45,796 bases of DNA, taken from Candidatus Daviesbacteria bacterium. Its GTDB lineage: Bacteria > Patescibacteriota > Microgenomatia > Daviesbacterales > UBA10151. The stretch covers positions 14,134 through 59,929 of the forward strand of contig DOWS01000012.1 in NCBI GenBank assembly GCA_003519445.1, written 5' to 3'. Under the pieces are notes generated by a model. It was not told the DNA's origin. It did not search any database and saw nothing but the letters and a program-made list of their open reading frames with translations. Each line of letters opens with the position of its first letter. Position 1 is the first letter of the stretch. A program made the translations under genes and the position numbers. This document shows, in pieces, positions 45,756 through 45,796 of the stretch.

Positions 45756-45796
45756 GTTACTTTCAATAGTATCATGAACCCGTTTCAAAACTCCAT

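Overview
Bacterial chromosomal window, genetic code 11. AT-rich, apparently leaderless genes, pilin-like proteins and an ATP-dependent ligase suggest Patescibacteria/CPR, Microgenomates-like (inference). The core backbone is ftsH 3' end, ABC exporter, glycosyltransferases, polA, glpX-fba, mutM, MFS-recF, pyrB-carA-carB and DNA ligase. It is interleaved with about 10 type II toxin-antitoxin modules, 2 Fic proteins and orphans. Four non-obvious layers are visible. (1) With no integrase or transposase in the window, accessory genes sit in gene-sized cassettes bounded by diverged copies of the adjacent core gene's terminus: mutM 3' end x5, polA 3' end x4, recF and ftsH 3' ends x2, ligase 5' end x2, eamA 5' end x3. 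(2) The right end holds a diversity-generating retroelement: VR 44690-44823 and TR 45206-45339, with 27/27 mismatches at TR adenines, an antisense avd-like gene and no RT in the window. (3) (GA)n/(TC)n tracts follow the start codons of the avd-like gene, a pilin and a membrane ORF, two of them currently out of frame. (4) Many in-frame 7-9-nt tandem-repeat and palindromic insertions lie inside conserved enzymes.
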